NCBI GenBank assembly: GCA_965531145.1
Contig: CBESOE010000009.1
Location: 828 to 64,827, forward strand
Direction: 5' to 3'
Length of the DNA stretch: 64,000 bases
From: an uncultured bacterium
GTDB taxonomy: Bacteria; Acidobacteriota; JAQAZP01
Position numbers and translations under genes: made by a program. Shown here in pieces: positions 54,306-62,910 of this stretch (positions are counted from its first letter, which is position 1; every line of letters starts with the position of its first letter). Under the pieces are notes generated by a model, which was not told the DNA's origin, did no database searches, and saw nothing but the letters and a program-made list of their open reading frames with translations.

Positions 54306-54442
54306 GAGCCCCGGCCAAAACGTGTAGAGTAATCCTGAGTTCTCCGACCGCCCGGAGCTAAGGGGTCTGACAGCCTATGGCCGCGGCGGCGACAGGGTTT
54401 CGCGGGAAACGGCGGAGCCTCCCATTCTGGAAAGGAGATTCT

Positions 54443-55447
54443 GTGTCCTCACCGAGGTCCGGCCCAGATCATTCCCCTGTGCAACCGCCACCCGCATCCA
54501 CTGGCTGTTACCTGCGTATCTCGGTCACCGACCGCTGCAACAACCGCTGCCGCTACTGCATGCCCCCCGGGGGTGCCATGCTCGTACCGCCGGCGCGGAT
54601 CCTGCGCTACGAAGAAATCATCCGGGCGGCGCAGTTGATCCACCGGGTCCGCCCGCTGCGCAAAATCAGGGTCACCGGCGGTGAACCTCTGTTGCGCCGC
54701 AACATCGCCTCCTTTGTCGGTCTGCTGCGCCGGCACTTCCCCGGGGCCGAACTCACCATGACCACCAACGGCACCACCCTGGCCGATGCCGCTGCCGGTT
54801 TGAAGCGCGCCGGGCTGTCACGGATAAATGTCAGCCTCGACTCCATCGATCCCGAAGGCTTCCGCCGCAGCACCGGCTCCGCCGATCCGCAGCGGGTGAT
54901 CCGGGGTATCGATACCGCCCTGGGGGCCGGTCTGCTCCCGCTGAAACTGAACAGCGTGCTCCAGCGATCGATCAATGCCGAACAACTCCCCGACCTGGTG
55001 GCTTTTGCCGCCAGCCGGCAGTGCGAGCTCCGCTTCATCGAACTGATGCGTATCGGTCCCGCACGGCAGCTGGACGACGACGAGTATGTGCCCATGGCGG
55101 AGGCGAAGGAGATCCTGCAGCGCCGCTGGCCCCGGATCACCCCGCTGGATGGCGGTGAAAACAGCCGGCGGTTCCTGGTGCAGACGGAGGACGGGCCGGC
55201 CCGGCTGGGGTTCATCGCCCCGGTGAGCCACCCCTTCTGCTCCACCTGCGACCGCCTGCGCCTCGATGCCCAGGGCCGGCTTCACGCCTGCCTGCGGCAG
55301 GGCGAGCCCATCGATCTGCGGTCGATGATCCGCAACGGGGCCGACGACAGCTGGAGCCTGCGTCGGATCAGGCAGCTGCTGGACAACAAGGGCACTCCAG
55401 GCAGCCGCTGGGACGGCGACACCCGGATGTTCTCCATGGGCGGCTGA
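54443..55447 (+). CDS. moaA: GTP 3',8-cyclase MoaA (radical SAM).
   Basis: YLRISVTDRCNNRCRYCMP CxxxCxxC motif. GGEPLLR. C-terminal CSTCDRLRLDAQGRLHAC second cluster. GTG start at 54443 is preceded by AAGGAG at 5-nt spacing. Confidence 0.85.
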   Translation: MSSPRSGPDHSPVQPPPASTGCYLRISVTDRCNNRCRYCMPPGGAMLVPPARILRYEEIIRAAQLIHRVRPLRKIRVTGGEPLLRRNIASFVGLLRRHFPGAELTMTTNGTTLADAAAGLKRAGLSRINVSLDSIDPEGFRRSTGSADPQRVIRGIDTALGAGLLPLKLNSVLQRSINAEQLPDLVAFAASRQCELRFIELMRIGPARQLDDDEYVPMAEAKEILQRRWPRITPLDGGENSRRFLVQTEDGPARLGFIAPVSHPFCSTCDRLRLDAQGRLHACLRQGEPIDLRSMIRNGADDSWSLRRIRQLLDNKGTPGSRWDGDTRMFSMGG

Positions 55448-55475
55448 CCGCCGCCGGGCCGTGAAAGGAACAATC

Positions 55476-56702
55476 ATGCCCCACCCCATTCCAGCTGCTG
55501 ACGCCCTGGCCAAGGTACTGGGCCTGGCCAGGCCGCCGGCGCCCCGGAAGCTGCCCCTGGCCCTGGCTGCCGGCTGCATTCTGGCCCAGGAGGTTCGGGC
55601 CGACCGGGACGGGCCGCCCTTTGACCGGGCGATGATGGATGGCTTTGCCGTGCGGCTGGCCGACGCCGGGGGAACGGTCCCGGTGGCGGGCGAAGTGGCC
55701 GCCGGCTCCGCCCCCGGAGACCCGCTGACCCCCGGCCGGGTGGTGCGCATCATGACCGGGGCCCCTTGCCCCGAAGGCACCGAGGCGGTGGTGCCGGTGG
55801 AGAAGATCTCCGAAACCGGGGGACTGGTCACCCTGCCGCCGGAACTGAAAGCCGATCAGCACATCGCCCGCCGGGGCAGCGACCGCCGCGCCGGCGATCT
55901 GCTGCTGGCCGGCGGCGTCCCGGTGACACCCCTGGCGGTGGCGGTACTGGCCTCCTCCGGTTGCGCAACGGTGCAGGTCATCCCCCGCCCCACGGTGACG
56001 GTGGTTTCCACCGGCAGTGAGCTGGCGCCGGTGGAGAGCGATCCCGGCCCGTACGGCATCCGCGACAGCAACCGCCCGATGATGGAAGCCCTGGTCCGCG
56101 GGGCCGGATTGACCCTGCTGGAATCGCTGCACGCCGCCGACACCGGCGAGGAACTGGAAGAGGCCCTGGGCCGGGCCATGGCGGCGGACCTGGTGATGGT
56201 CTCGGGTGGCGTGTCCGCCGGCAAATACGACCTGGTTCCCGGAACCGCCGAAAAGGTCGGGGTCACACCAGTGTTCCACAAGGTCTGGCAGAAACCGGGT
56301 AAACCGCTCTTCTTCGGCACCACCAACCGCGAACCCCGGGGGCTGTTCTTCGGTCTGCCCGGCAACCCGCTGGCGGTCCACTTCTGTTTCCACCACTACG
56401 TGCTGCCGGCGGCCCGGCTGCTGGCCGGACGGCCCATTCCCCAACTGAAGGAGCGGGCCGTGCTGGACGCACCGTGCCGCCCCCACGGCGGGCGGCCGTC
56501 CTGGCTGCCGGCCACGGTGGAACCGGGCCTGGAAGGCGCCCCCCCCCGGGCCACCATGTTGACGGTCTCGGGCTCAGCCGACATCTACGGCGCAGCCGGG
56601 GCCAACGCACTGGTCCACCTCGACCCGGAACGGGGCCCGCTGGCCGAGGGTGACGAGGTGGCCTTTTTCCGTCTGGGCCCGGCCGGGGAGGTGTATGAAT
56701 GA
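55476..56702 (+). CDS. moeA: Molybdopterin molybdotransferase MoeA.
   Basis: PFDRAMMDGFAV, GGVSAGKYD, GLPGNP motifs. AAAGGA RBS before ATG 55476. Confidence 0.85.
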   Translation: MPHPIPAADALAKVLGLARPPAPRKLPLALAAGCILAQEVRADRDGPPFDRAMMDGFAVRLADAGGTVPVAGEVAAGSAPGDPLTPGRVVRIMTGAPCPEGTEAVVPVEKISETGGLVTLPPELKADQHIARRGSDRRAGDLLLAGGVPVTPLAVAVLASSGCATVQVIPRPTVTVVSTGSELAPVESDPGPYGIRDSNRPMMEALVRGAGLTLLESLHAADTGEELEEALGRAMAADLVMVSGGVSAGKYDLVPGTAEKVGVTPVFHKVWQKPGKPLFFGTTNREPRGLFFGLPGNPLAVHFCFHHYVLPAARLLAGRPIPQLKERAVLDAPCRPHGGRPSWLPATVEPGLEGAPPRATMLTVSGSADIYGAAGANALVHLDPERGPLAEGDEVAFFRLGPAGEVYE

Positions 56703-57208
56703 GCAGAAAAGGATTGACCCACCTGGACAGCAGCGGCGAAGCAGTCATGGTGGACGTGAGCGGCAAACCGGTGTCTGAACGGTTCGCCCGGGCCTCCGCC
56801 CGGCTACGCACCACCCCGGAGGTGACCCTGGCCATCACCGAAAACCGGGTGGCCAAGGGCAGTGTCACCGCCGCCGCCAGGCTGGCCGGCATCATGGCGG
56901 CAAAGAAAACCGCCGAACTGATCCCGCTCTGTCACCCGCTGCCCCTGGACGTGGTGGAACTGGACGTCACCGCCGGTGACGGGCTGGTCTGTATCGAATC
57001 GCGGGTTAGGTGCAGCGGGCGCACCGGTGCCGAGATGGAGGCGCTCACCGCCGCCGCGGTGGCCGCGCTCACCGTCTACGACATGTGCAAGGCCCTGGAC
57101 CGCACCATGGAGATCGGGCCGGTGCGGCTGGAGGAGAAGAGCGGCGGGAAATCGGGCCACTATCGTCGCGGCGGGCAGACGCCCCAGCTGCCGGTGGAGG
57201 ACGTGTAA
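56699..57208 (+). CDS. moaC: Cyclic pyranopterin monophosphate synthase MoaC.
   Basis: LTHLD..GEAVMVDVSGK, LIPLCHPL, RCSGRTGAEMEALTA. ATGA overlap with the moeA stop. Confidence 0.9.
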   Translation: MSRKGLTHLDSSGEAVMVDVSGKPVSERFARASARLRTTPEVTLAITENRVAKGSVTAAARLAGIMAAKKTAELIPLCHPLPLDVVELDVTAGDGLVCIESRVRCSGRTGAEMEALTAAAVAALTVYDMCKALDRTMEIGPVRLEEKSGGKSGHYRRGGQTPQLPVEDV

Positions 57209-57211
57209 CCG

Positions 57212-58153
57212 ATGGACTCACTGGGAACGGTAAAGGCGGTCTGCACCAGCAGCGGCAAGGGCGGCGCCAAGCAGAGCGTCGCCTCCGCCCGGCTGCTGCG
57301 CGGTTTCGGCATCGAGGGCGACGGCCACGGCGGCAACTGGCACCGCCAGGTGAGTTTGCTGGCCAGCGGCGCCATTGCGGTGATGGAGGCCGCGGGCCTT
57401 GAACTGGAGCCGGGCGCCTTTGGCGAGAACCTGGTGATCGAGGCCCCGAACCTGGATGGCCTCACGGTGGGCCGGCGGCTGCGCCTCGGCCCGGATGCGG
57501 TGATCCAGGTCACCCAGAAAGGCAAGGAATGCCACACCCCCTGCGAGATCTTCCACACCGTTGGCGACTGCATCATGCCGCGGGAGGGGTTCTTCGCCCG
57601 GGTGCTCCGTTCGGGGCCGCTGCAGCCCGGGCATGGTCTGGCCGTGGATCCGGAACTGGAACAGCTGCGCTGGGCGGTAATCACGGTCAGTGACCGGGCT
57701 TCCGCCGGCAGCCGTGCCGATGGTTCCGGACCGGCGGTGCGCCGCCTGCTGGCCGGTGGTGTGGGCGGCCTTGAACTTCCGGGGGTGATCCTGCCCGATG
57801 ACCGTGAACTGCTGTCCGGGAAAATCCGTGAACTGGCCGACCTGGCGGTGGCCGACCTGGTGGTGACCACCGGGGGTACGGGGATGTCACCGCGGGATGT
57901 GACCCCGGAAGCCACCCGGGACGTGATCGACCGTGAGGTGCCGGGCCTGGCCGAGGAGATGAGACGGGCCGGAATGGCCGCCACCCCGCGGGCAGTGCTG
58001 TCACGGGGAGTGTGCGGCCTGCGGGGGTCCACCCTGGTGATCAATCTCTCCGGCAGTCCCAAGGCCGCCACGGAACAGCTGGAGGCGATCCTGCCCGTCC
58101 TGCCCCACGCCCTGGAAGTTGCCAGCGGCATCCCCCTGGACTGCGCCCGATAG
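57212..58153 (+). CDS. MOSC-domain / MogA(MoaB)-type molybdopterin adenylyltransferase fusion protein.
   Basis: The N-terminal ~150 aa are MOSC-like (GFGIEGDGHGG...RQVSLL...GENLVI..., conserved Cys). The C-terminal ~160 aa are MogA/MoaB (ITVSDRASAG..DGSGP, TTGGTGMSPRDVTPEAT, LSRGVCG, INLSGSP). Confidence 0.75.
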   Translation: MDSLGTVKAVCTSSGKGGAKQSVASARLLRGFGIEGDGHGGNWHRQVSLLASGAIAVMEAAGLELEPGAFGENLVIEAPNLDGLTVGRRLRLGPDAVIQVTQKGKECHTPCEIFHTVGDCIMPREGFFARVLRSGPLQPGHGLAVDPELEQLRWAVITVSDRASAGSRADGSGPAVRRLLAGGVGGLELPGVILPDDRELLSGKIRELADLAVADLVVTTGGTGMSPRDVTPEATRDVIDREVPGLAEEMRRAGMAATPRAVLSRGVCGLRGSTLVINLSGSPKAATEQLEAILPVLPHALEVASGIPLDCAR

Positions 58154-58162
58154 TTTTGATTG

Positions 58163-59908
58163 TCATCTGATGTCGGCGATGCCGTGCTGCTTCATCCGGC
58201 GCCAGAGGGTGGTGCGGCTGATGCCCAGCAACCGGGCCACTTCGCTGCGGTTGCCGCGGTGGCTCTGGAGCAGTTCGGTGATCCGCCGGCGCTCGTCCGG
58301 AAACGGCCCGCCGGTGAGCCCCGCGTCCGCTGCGCCGGTCGCCTCTGGCGCCGCGGACGGTCCCCGCAGATCGGCGGGCAGGTGCTCCCTCCGGATCCGC
58401 GTCTCCCCGCAGCAGACAAAGGCGTATTCGATCACGTTCTGCAGTTCACGCACATTGCCCGGCCAGGCGTGTCGGGTGAGCAGGTGCAGGGCCTGCTGGG
58501 AGATCTCTTCGATGGGCCGGCGGTATTTCTGACGGAAGATCTCCATGAAGTGGTGGACCAGCAGGGGGATGTCCTCCCGGCGCAGGCGCAGCGGTTCAAG
58601 GTGGATCGGTATCACGCAAAGGCGGTAGTAGATGTCCTCGCGGAACCGTCCGGCACGGATCTCCTGCTTCAGGTCCTTGTTGGTGGCCGCCAGCACCCGC
58701 ACGTCAACCTTGATCGTACGGTGCCCCCCCACCCGCTGGAACTCCTGCTCCTGGAGGTACCGCAGCAGTTTAGCCTGCAGTCCCAGGGACATGTCCCCCA
58801 CCTCGTCGAGAAACACCGTCCCCCGGTCCGCTGCCTCGAAGATGCCACGCTTCTCCTGTACCGCCCCGGTGAAGGCGCCTTTCTCGTGGCCGAAAAGCTC
58901 GCTCTCCAGCAGGGTCTCGGTGAGGGCCGAACAGTTGATCTTGATGAACGGCCCGGTCTTCCTCGGGCTGTTTTCCTGGATGGCCGAAGCGATGAGTTCC
59001 TTGCCGGTGCCGCTCTCGCCGGTGATCAGCACCGAGGTGTCGGAGGCGCTGATGGTGTCCACCAGCCGGAACACCTCCTGCATGCGCGGACTGCGGCTGA
59101 CCATGCCAAAATATTCGAACCGCTGCGAGGCGGCCCGCTTCAGTTCCCAGTATTCACTCACATCACGAAGCACCCCCACCACCCGGGCATCGGGGGCGGC
59201 CGGGTCGCTGACCAGGAACACACTGTTCAGCACCTCCACGCTCCGGTCCCCGGCGCCGAGGATCCGTTCACGGTGGTCGATCACGTTGGTCCGGTTCTCC
59301 AGGGCCCAGCGGATGGGACAATCGGTGCTGCAGCCGGAAGAACGGAGCACGGTGCAGCAGTCCTGGCCCAGCACGTCCTGCCGCCGCCGGCCGAGCATCT
59401 CCAGGCACTTGTCGTTGACCGCGGTGAATCGCCGTTCCTCGTCCACGGTGAAGACACCGTCGGCGATCCCGGCGAGGATCGTATCCTGGGTCTGCCGATC
59501 CTGCTCCACCTGGCGGTGGGCCGCCTCGGTGGCCTCGATATACTCGCCGAGGATGGCCATGTCCTTGTGGATTTCAACCGCTCCCACCGTCTTGCCCTGC
59601 TCGTCGCGAAGCAGGCTGCAGCTGATACAGAGCGGTCCCACCTCGTTCCGGCGGCAGTAGACGTTGTGCGCCGAAAGCTCATCTTCTCCGCCATCCTCGA
59701 GGCCGGCCCGGAAGAGGCACTTCCCTTCATCGCACACGTCGCCATCCACCAGCGTGCGGCACGTCTGGCCGATGGCGTCCCCGGAACTGACACCGTAGAG
59801 CCGGCAGAAAGCGTCGTTGACATAGGTGATCCGGCACTCCCGGTCAATCACCATCACGCCGTCGGACACGGCGTCGAGAACGCGTCGTTCTGATGCGGGC
59901 GGGTTCAT
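58163..59908 (-). CDS. Sigma-54-dependent Fis-family transcriptional activator with two N-terminal cysteine-rich PAS domains.
   Basis: AAA+ sigma-54 interaction domain (GESGTGKE, GAFTGA, ESELFGHEKGAFTGA, arginine finger). C-terminal HTH (EVARLLGISRTTLWRRM). PAS 1 and 2 carry Cys clusters CRTLVDGDVCDEGKC...C..C.SC and CCTVLRSSGCSTDC. Confidence 0.9.
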   Translation of the reverse strand: MNPPASERRVLDAVSDGVMVIDRECRITYVNDAFCRLYGVSSGDAIGQTCRTLVDGDVCDEGKCLFRAGLEDGGEDELSAHNVYCRRNEVGPLCISCSLLRDEQGKTVGAVEIHKDMAILGEYIEATEAAHRQVEQDRQTQDTILAGIADGVFTVDEERRFTAVNDKCLEMLGRRRQDVLGQDCCTVLRSSGCSTDCPIRWALENRTNVIDHRERILGAGDRSVEVLNSVFLVSDPAAPDARVVGVLRDVSEYWELKRAASQRFEYFGMVSRSPRMQEVFRLVDTISASDTSVLITGESGTGKELIASAIQENSPRKTGPFIKINCSALTETLLESELFGHEKGAFTGAVQEKRGIFEAADRGTVFLDEVGDMSLGLQAKLLRYLQEQEFQRVGGHRTIKVDVRVLAATNKDLKQEIRAGRFREDIYYRLCVIPIHLEPLRLRREDIPLLVHHFMEIFRQKYRRPIEEISQQALHLLTRHAWPGNVRELQNVIEYAFVCCGETRIRREHLPADLRGPSAAPEATGAADAGLTGGPFPDERRRITELLQSHRGNRSEVARLLGISRTTLWRRMKQHGIADIR

Positions 59909-59995
59909 GTTCACAGTATACCTGACCCGTTTTCGGGCCGGAACTGGCGGGGAGCCGAACGGCCGGACCGTCCTGCCCCCCGCCGGAAAAGGATG

Positions 59996-61477
59996 CTAGA
60001 AACGCACCTCCAGCGTGGCGTAGATGTTGTCCACCTCATCGGGGAAGGCGTAGAAGAGAGTCGGGTTCTGACTGAGGTCGAAGTACTCCAGCGGTCCGGG
60101 GGCGATGTGCCAGCCGCTGAAGGCGGTGTTGTAGTTTAAGTGCTGGTAACCAACCTTGAGCCAGATCCGTTTGTCGAACTGCCAGTTGAGATAGAGATCC
60201 CAGACGTCGCCGCGGGTGGCCAGCTTGTTCGACGGGTCGTCGGCCGCCGGGGTATAGCTGAACCAGTTCTCGCTGCCCTTGTTGTATTCCACACCGGCAC
60301 TCAGCTTCTTGGGAATGAAGCTGTACTTCGCGCCGAGGTAGTAGGCAAAGCCGTTCTCGCTCTCGTCGGGGTTGCCCAGCAGGCCGCCAAAGCCGTACTG
60401 CGACTGCTGGCCGTTGGGATCGGACTTGTTCCAGGCGGCCATGGCAAAGTAGTCCAGCTTGCCGGCGTCACCGGTGACACCGAGGCCGAAGAGGTCCATG
60501 TCGCCCAGATTGTTGGTGGCGGTTACACTCTGCGGGTTGTTGTCAAAGGGGTTGGGGAAGTTGGACAGCGAGCTGTAGGGGATGTCGGTGAGATCCTGCA
60601 GCAGCATGTAGTTGAGGTAGAACATCCCCTCGTCGCCCATGAAGGGCAGCGGTGTCTCGAAACAGGCGCCCAGCACGGTGGAATCGTCGAGGCTGGCCAC
60701 CACGCCGTTGCCGAAGGGGGTGACCACATAACTCTGGGGCACGTTGCCGCCGCCGCCGAATCCCGACTCATAGCCCACACCGTAGCAGAGACGGAAGGTG
60801 GAGTTTTCAGGCAGACCCATGAAATCGAGTTTGGAACCCAGCATGAAACCCTCGATCTCGGCGTCGATGATCAGCGAGGACGGCGTTCCCTGGCGGACCA
60901 TCTCCTCCTTGATGTGCCGCGGCGGCCCGTCGGTGGCGGCCTGGCGGCCAAGGGTCATGAAGATCGGGCTGTTCTTCCACTTGTAGGTGAAGTAGGCCCG
61001 CTCAACCCGCAGGGTGTTGTCGGTGGGGATGCGCGTGGAGTTGAAGGAGTTGTGCAGGGAGTCGGGCTGGCCGTTGAAAATGGGGATCTCGGCCCCGCCA
61101 TAGGCGCGATACATGTTCAACCGGCCGTAAAAATGCAGGTTGCTGGAGATGTCGGCGCCCATTTTCAGCCTCAGCCGCGAGGTGTAGGTGGCGCTGTTGT
61201 CCCAGTTCTGGGCTTCCATCTGCTGGACCCCCGGCGGCTGGGTTGTGGGGTCCACCACCTGCTGGTAGCGCGGGATGTGCCAGGAGACGCTGTCCCAGCG
61301 GACGCGGAAATCCCCACCGAAGTAGATTTTGTGTTTGGCCAGCTTGAGCTCCATCACATCAAGGCGTTCCTCGATGTCTTCGATGTCCTCATCAACGTCG
61401 GCATACACTGCCGGAGCGGCCAGCAGGAAGAGCATCACGGCCGTGATCATCAGAGCGAACGAAAATAACTTCCTCAT
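59996..61477 (-). CDS. Putative outer-membrane beta-barrel porin with N-terminal coiled-coil segment.
   Basis: Signal peptide MRKLFSFALMITAVMLFLLAAPAVYA. Acidic coiled-coil DVDEDIEDIEERLDVMELKLAKHK, then alternating amphipathic beta-strands. C-terminal ...TLEVRF ending in Phe, typical of OMPs. Confidence 0.65.
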   Translation of the reverse strand: MRKLFSFALMITAVMLFLLAAPAVYADVDEDIEDIEERLDVMELKLAKHKIYFGGDFRVRWDSVSWHIPRYQQVVDPTTQPPGVQQMEAQNWDNSATYTSRLRLKMGADISSNLHFYGRLNMYRAYGGAEIPIFNGQPDSLHNSFNSTRIPTDNTLRVERAYFTYKWKNSPIFMTLGRQAATDGPPRHIKEEMVRQGTPSSLIIDAEIEGFMLGSKLDFMGLPENSTFRLCYGVGYESGFGGGGNVPQSYVVTPFGNGVVASLDDSTVLGACFETPLPFMGDEGMFYLNYMLLQDLTDIPYSSLSNFPNPFDNNPQSVTATNNLGDMDLFGLGVTGDAGKLDYFAMAAWNKSDPNGQQSQYGFGGLLGNPDESENGFAYYLGAKYSFIPKKLSAGVEYNKGSENWFSYTPAADDPSNKLATRGDVWDLYLNWQFDKRIWLKVGYQHLNYNTAFSGWHIAPGPLEYFDLSQNPTLFYAFPDEVDNIYATLEVRF

Positions 61478-61503
61478 TCTTCTTCCCCCCCTTGTGCAAT
61501 CGG

Positions 61504-61839
61504 TTAACCGCAGGTCTCGGGCTGATCGGAATCGGCGGCGTGGTTGACCAGAAAGGTCTGGATGTGGATCAGCTGATCCACGGGCGCCACGTCCTCAAGC
61601 TTCTCTGTCTTGTTGTTGTGCACGCCTTTTTTGAAATAACGCTCCCACTGGGACATGGTCTTGTTCAGCGGGCTCACCTCGCCGCCCTCGCCGTCCTTGT
61701 CGTGGCAGCTCTTGCAGGATTCCTTGAAAAAGGCCTTGCCCTTCTTGTCATCACCCTGGGCCTCGGCCATGATCAGGCTGGTTGACAGAAAGGCCGCGCA
61801 ACAGAGCAAGGCCATGAACACCAAAACAGTTCTCTTCAT
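61504..61839 (-). CDS. Small monoheme c-type cytochrome (cytochrome c553-like).
   Basis: AAGGAG RBS. Signal peptide. Single CKSCH heme-binding motif in a GKAFFKESCKSCHDKDGEGG context, like Desulfovibrio c553. 26 nt upstream of the porin gene. Confidence 0.75.
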   Translation of the reverse strand: MKRTVLVFMALLCCAAFLSTSLIMAEAQGDDKKGKAFFKESCKSCHDKDGEGGEVSPLNKTMSQWERYFKKGVHNNKTEKLEDVAPVDQLIHIQTFLVNHAADSDQPETCG

Positions 61840-62222
61840 TTCGCTCTCCTTTCGAGATTACAGATGAAACGGTTCAAATCATCCAACAGCACATAAAAAT
61901 TCAAATCCATTCCCTCACTATCCAAGATCTGTTCCACATTTGGTTCATCAGCCTATCTCGTTATACATCAACAATTTAACTTTCATTATTGAAATTGAAT
62001 GTTTCAACTGGTCTGAAACATTCTTTCGACCAACACTGTTTCAACCGAGGATGGTTCAATCTATATTGTTGTATATTAAGATGCTTAATGACTTATCGGC
62101 AACAACTGAAACAATTATGAAACAATTGTTCCATGGAACGCCTGTTTCCCCGATATCCTAGCGATTAACAGGAGATTAAACAGTTGGAACAGAATGGAAC
62201 AACGGCAGGTGTGAACAGGGAC
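61840..62222. promoter_or_regulatory. AT-rich control region upstream of the cytochrome-porin operon, containing a dense array of TGGAACA/TGAAACA half-sites and palindromes.
   Basis: GC far below the window mean. About 12 copies of TG(G/A)AACA and its complement, for example TGTTCCAcattTGGTTCA, GTTTCAactggtcTGAAAC, TGAAACAATTaTGAAACAATT, the GTTCCATGGAAC perfect palindrome, and TGGAACAgaaTGGAACA. Confidence 0.4.
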
Positions 62223-62840
62223 TCAGCGGATATTGAAACTGTATTCCAGCTGCCCTTCACCGGTGGAGGAGACGGCAGTTTCCGGGCTCAACTGCAAAAG
62301 ATACTTGCCCGGCTCGGCCAGCAGCAGGTCCGGCACAAAGAGCCCGGCCCACTCCCCCGTCTCCGGCTGGCAGAGGAGCCGGCCCTGGAGCAGTGCCCGG
62401 CCCGTGGGACCGGCCAGGTTGAAGAGCAAAGGCGTTTCGCAGGGATGGTCGATACCGTTCAGTTCGATATACAGACCCGTGCCGGCGGAAACTGTGCCCC
62501 CGGGTCCGGCCGTCCGGGTGGCCGAGGGAAAGAGCGAGATCAACTGCGCCGGGGCTCCGGTCTCAGCACCGTCCGTCTGGAGCAGCTGCACCGTTCCGGC
62601 GCCGAGGATCAGTCCGAGGAGCAACAGTGACGCTCCGGCCGTGGCCGGCACCAGCCGGCCTCCACCGGCCAGGGAATCGAGGAATCGCCTGAATCCACGG
62701 GCCAGGCCGGAAGTGGAGCTTTCCCGAACCGACCGGTGATCCTCGGTGGCACCCTGTGCGGCATTGGCGGCGGCCGCTCCGCTGGCGGCTTCGGCCTGGG
62801 CCATGACCGAGCGCAGCAATTCCTCGGATTGCGGAGACAC
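62223..62840 (-). CDS. Hypothetical single-pass membrane protein (anti-sigma-like topology).
   Basis: Cytoplasmic Ala-rich N-region, TM segment ASLLLLGLILGAG, periplasmic C-domain. No recognisable domain. Confidence 0.45.
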   Translation of the reverse strand: MSPQSEELLRSVMAQAEAASGAAAANAAQGATEDHRSVRESSTSGLARGFRRFLDSLAGGGRLVPATAGASLLLLGLILGAGTVQLLQTDGAETGAPAQLISLFPSATRTAGPGGTVSAGTGLYIELNGIDHPCETPLLFNLAGPTGRALLQGRLLCQPETGEWAGLFVPDLLLAEPGKYLLQLSPETAVSSTGEGQLEYSFNIR

Positions 62841-62910
62841 CGACGCCAGGCGGAGAACCTCGACCCGCTGCTCACCGTCCAGCAGGCCGGCCGCAAAGTC
62901 GATGCACTGA

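Noticed and set aside
61840-61925. Search for a canonical sigma-54 promoter (TGGCAC-N5-TTGC) upstream of the cytochrome gene.
   Set aside because: Only near-misses (TGGATgatTTGAA) lacking the -12 GC were found. The promoter type is left unassigned.
61940-62161. 73-aa ORF in the AT-rich region.
   Set aside because: GC content and codon usage are unlike the rest of the window and the stretch lies within the repeat-rich regulatory region. A small AT-rich gene cannot be fully excluded.
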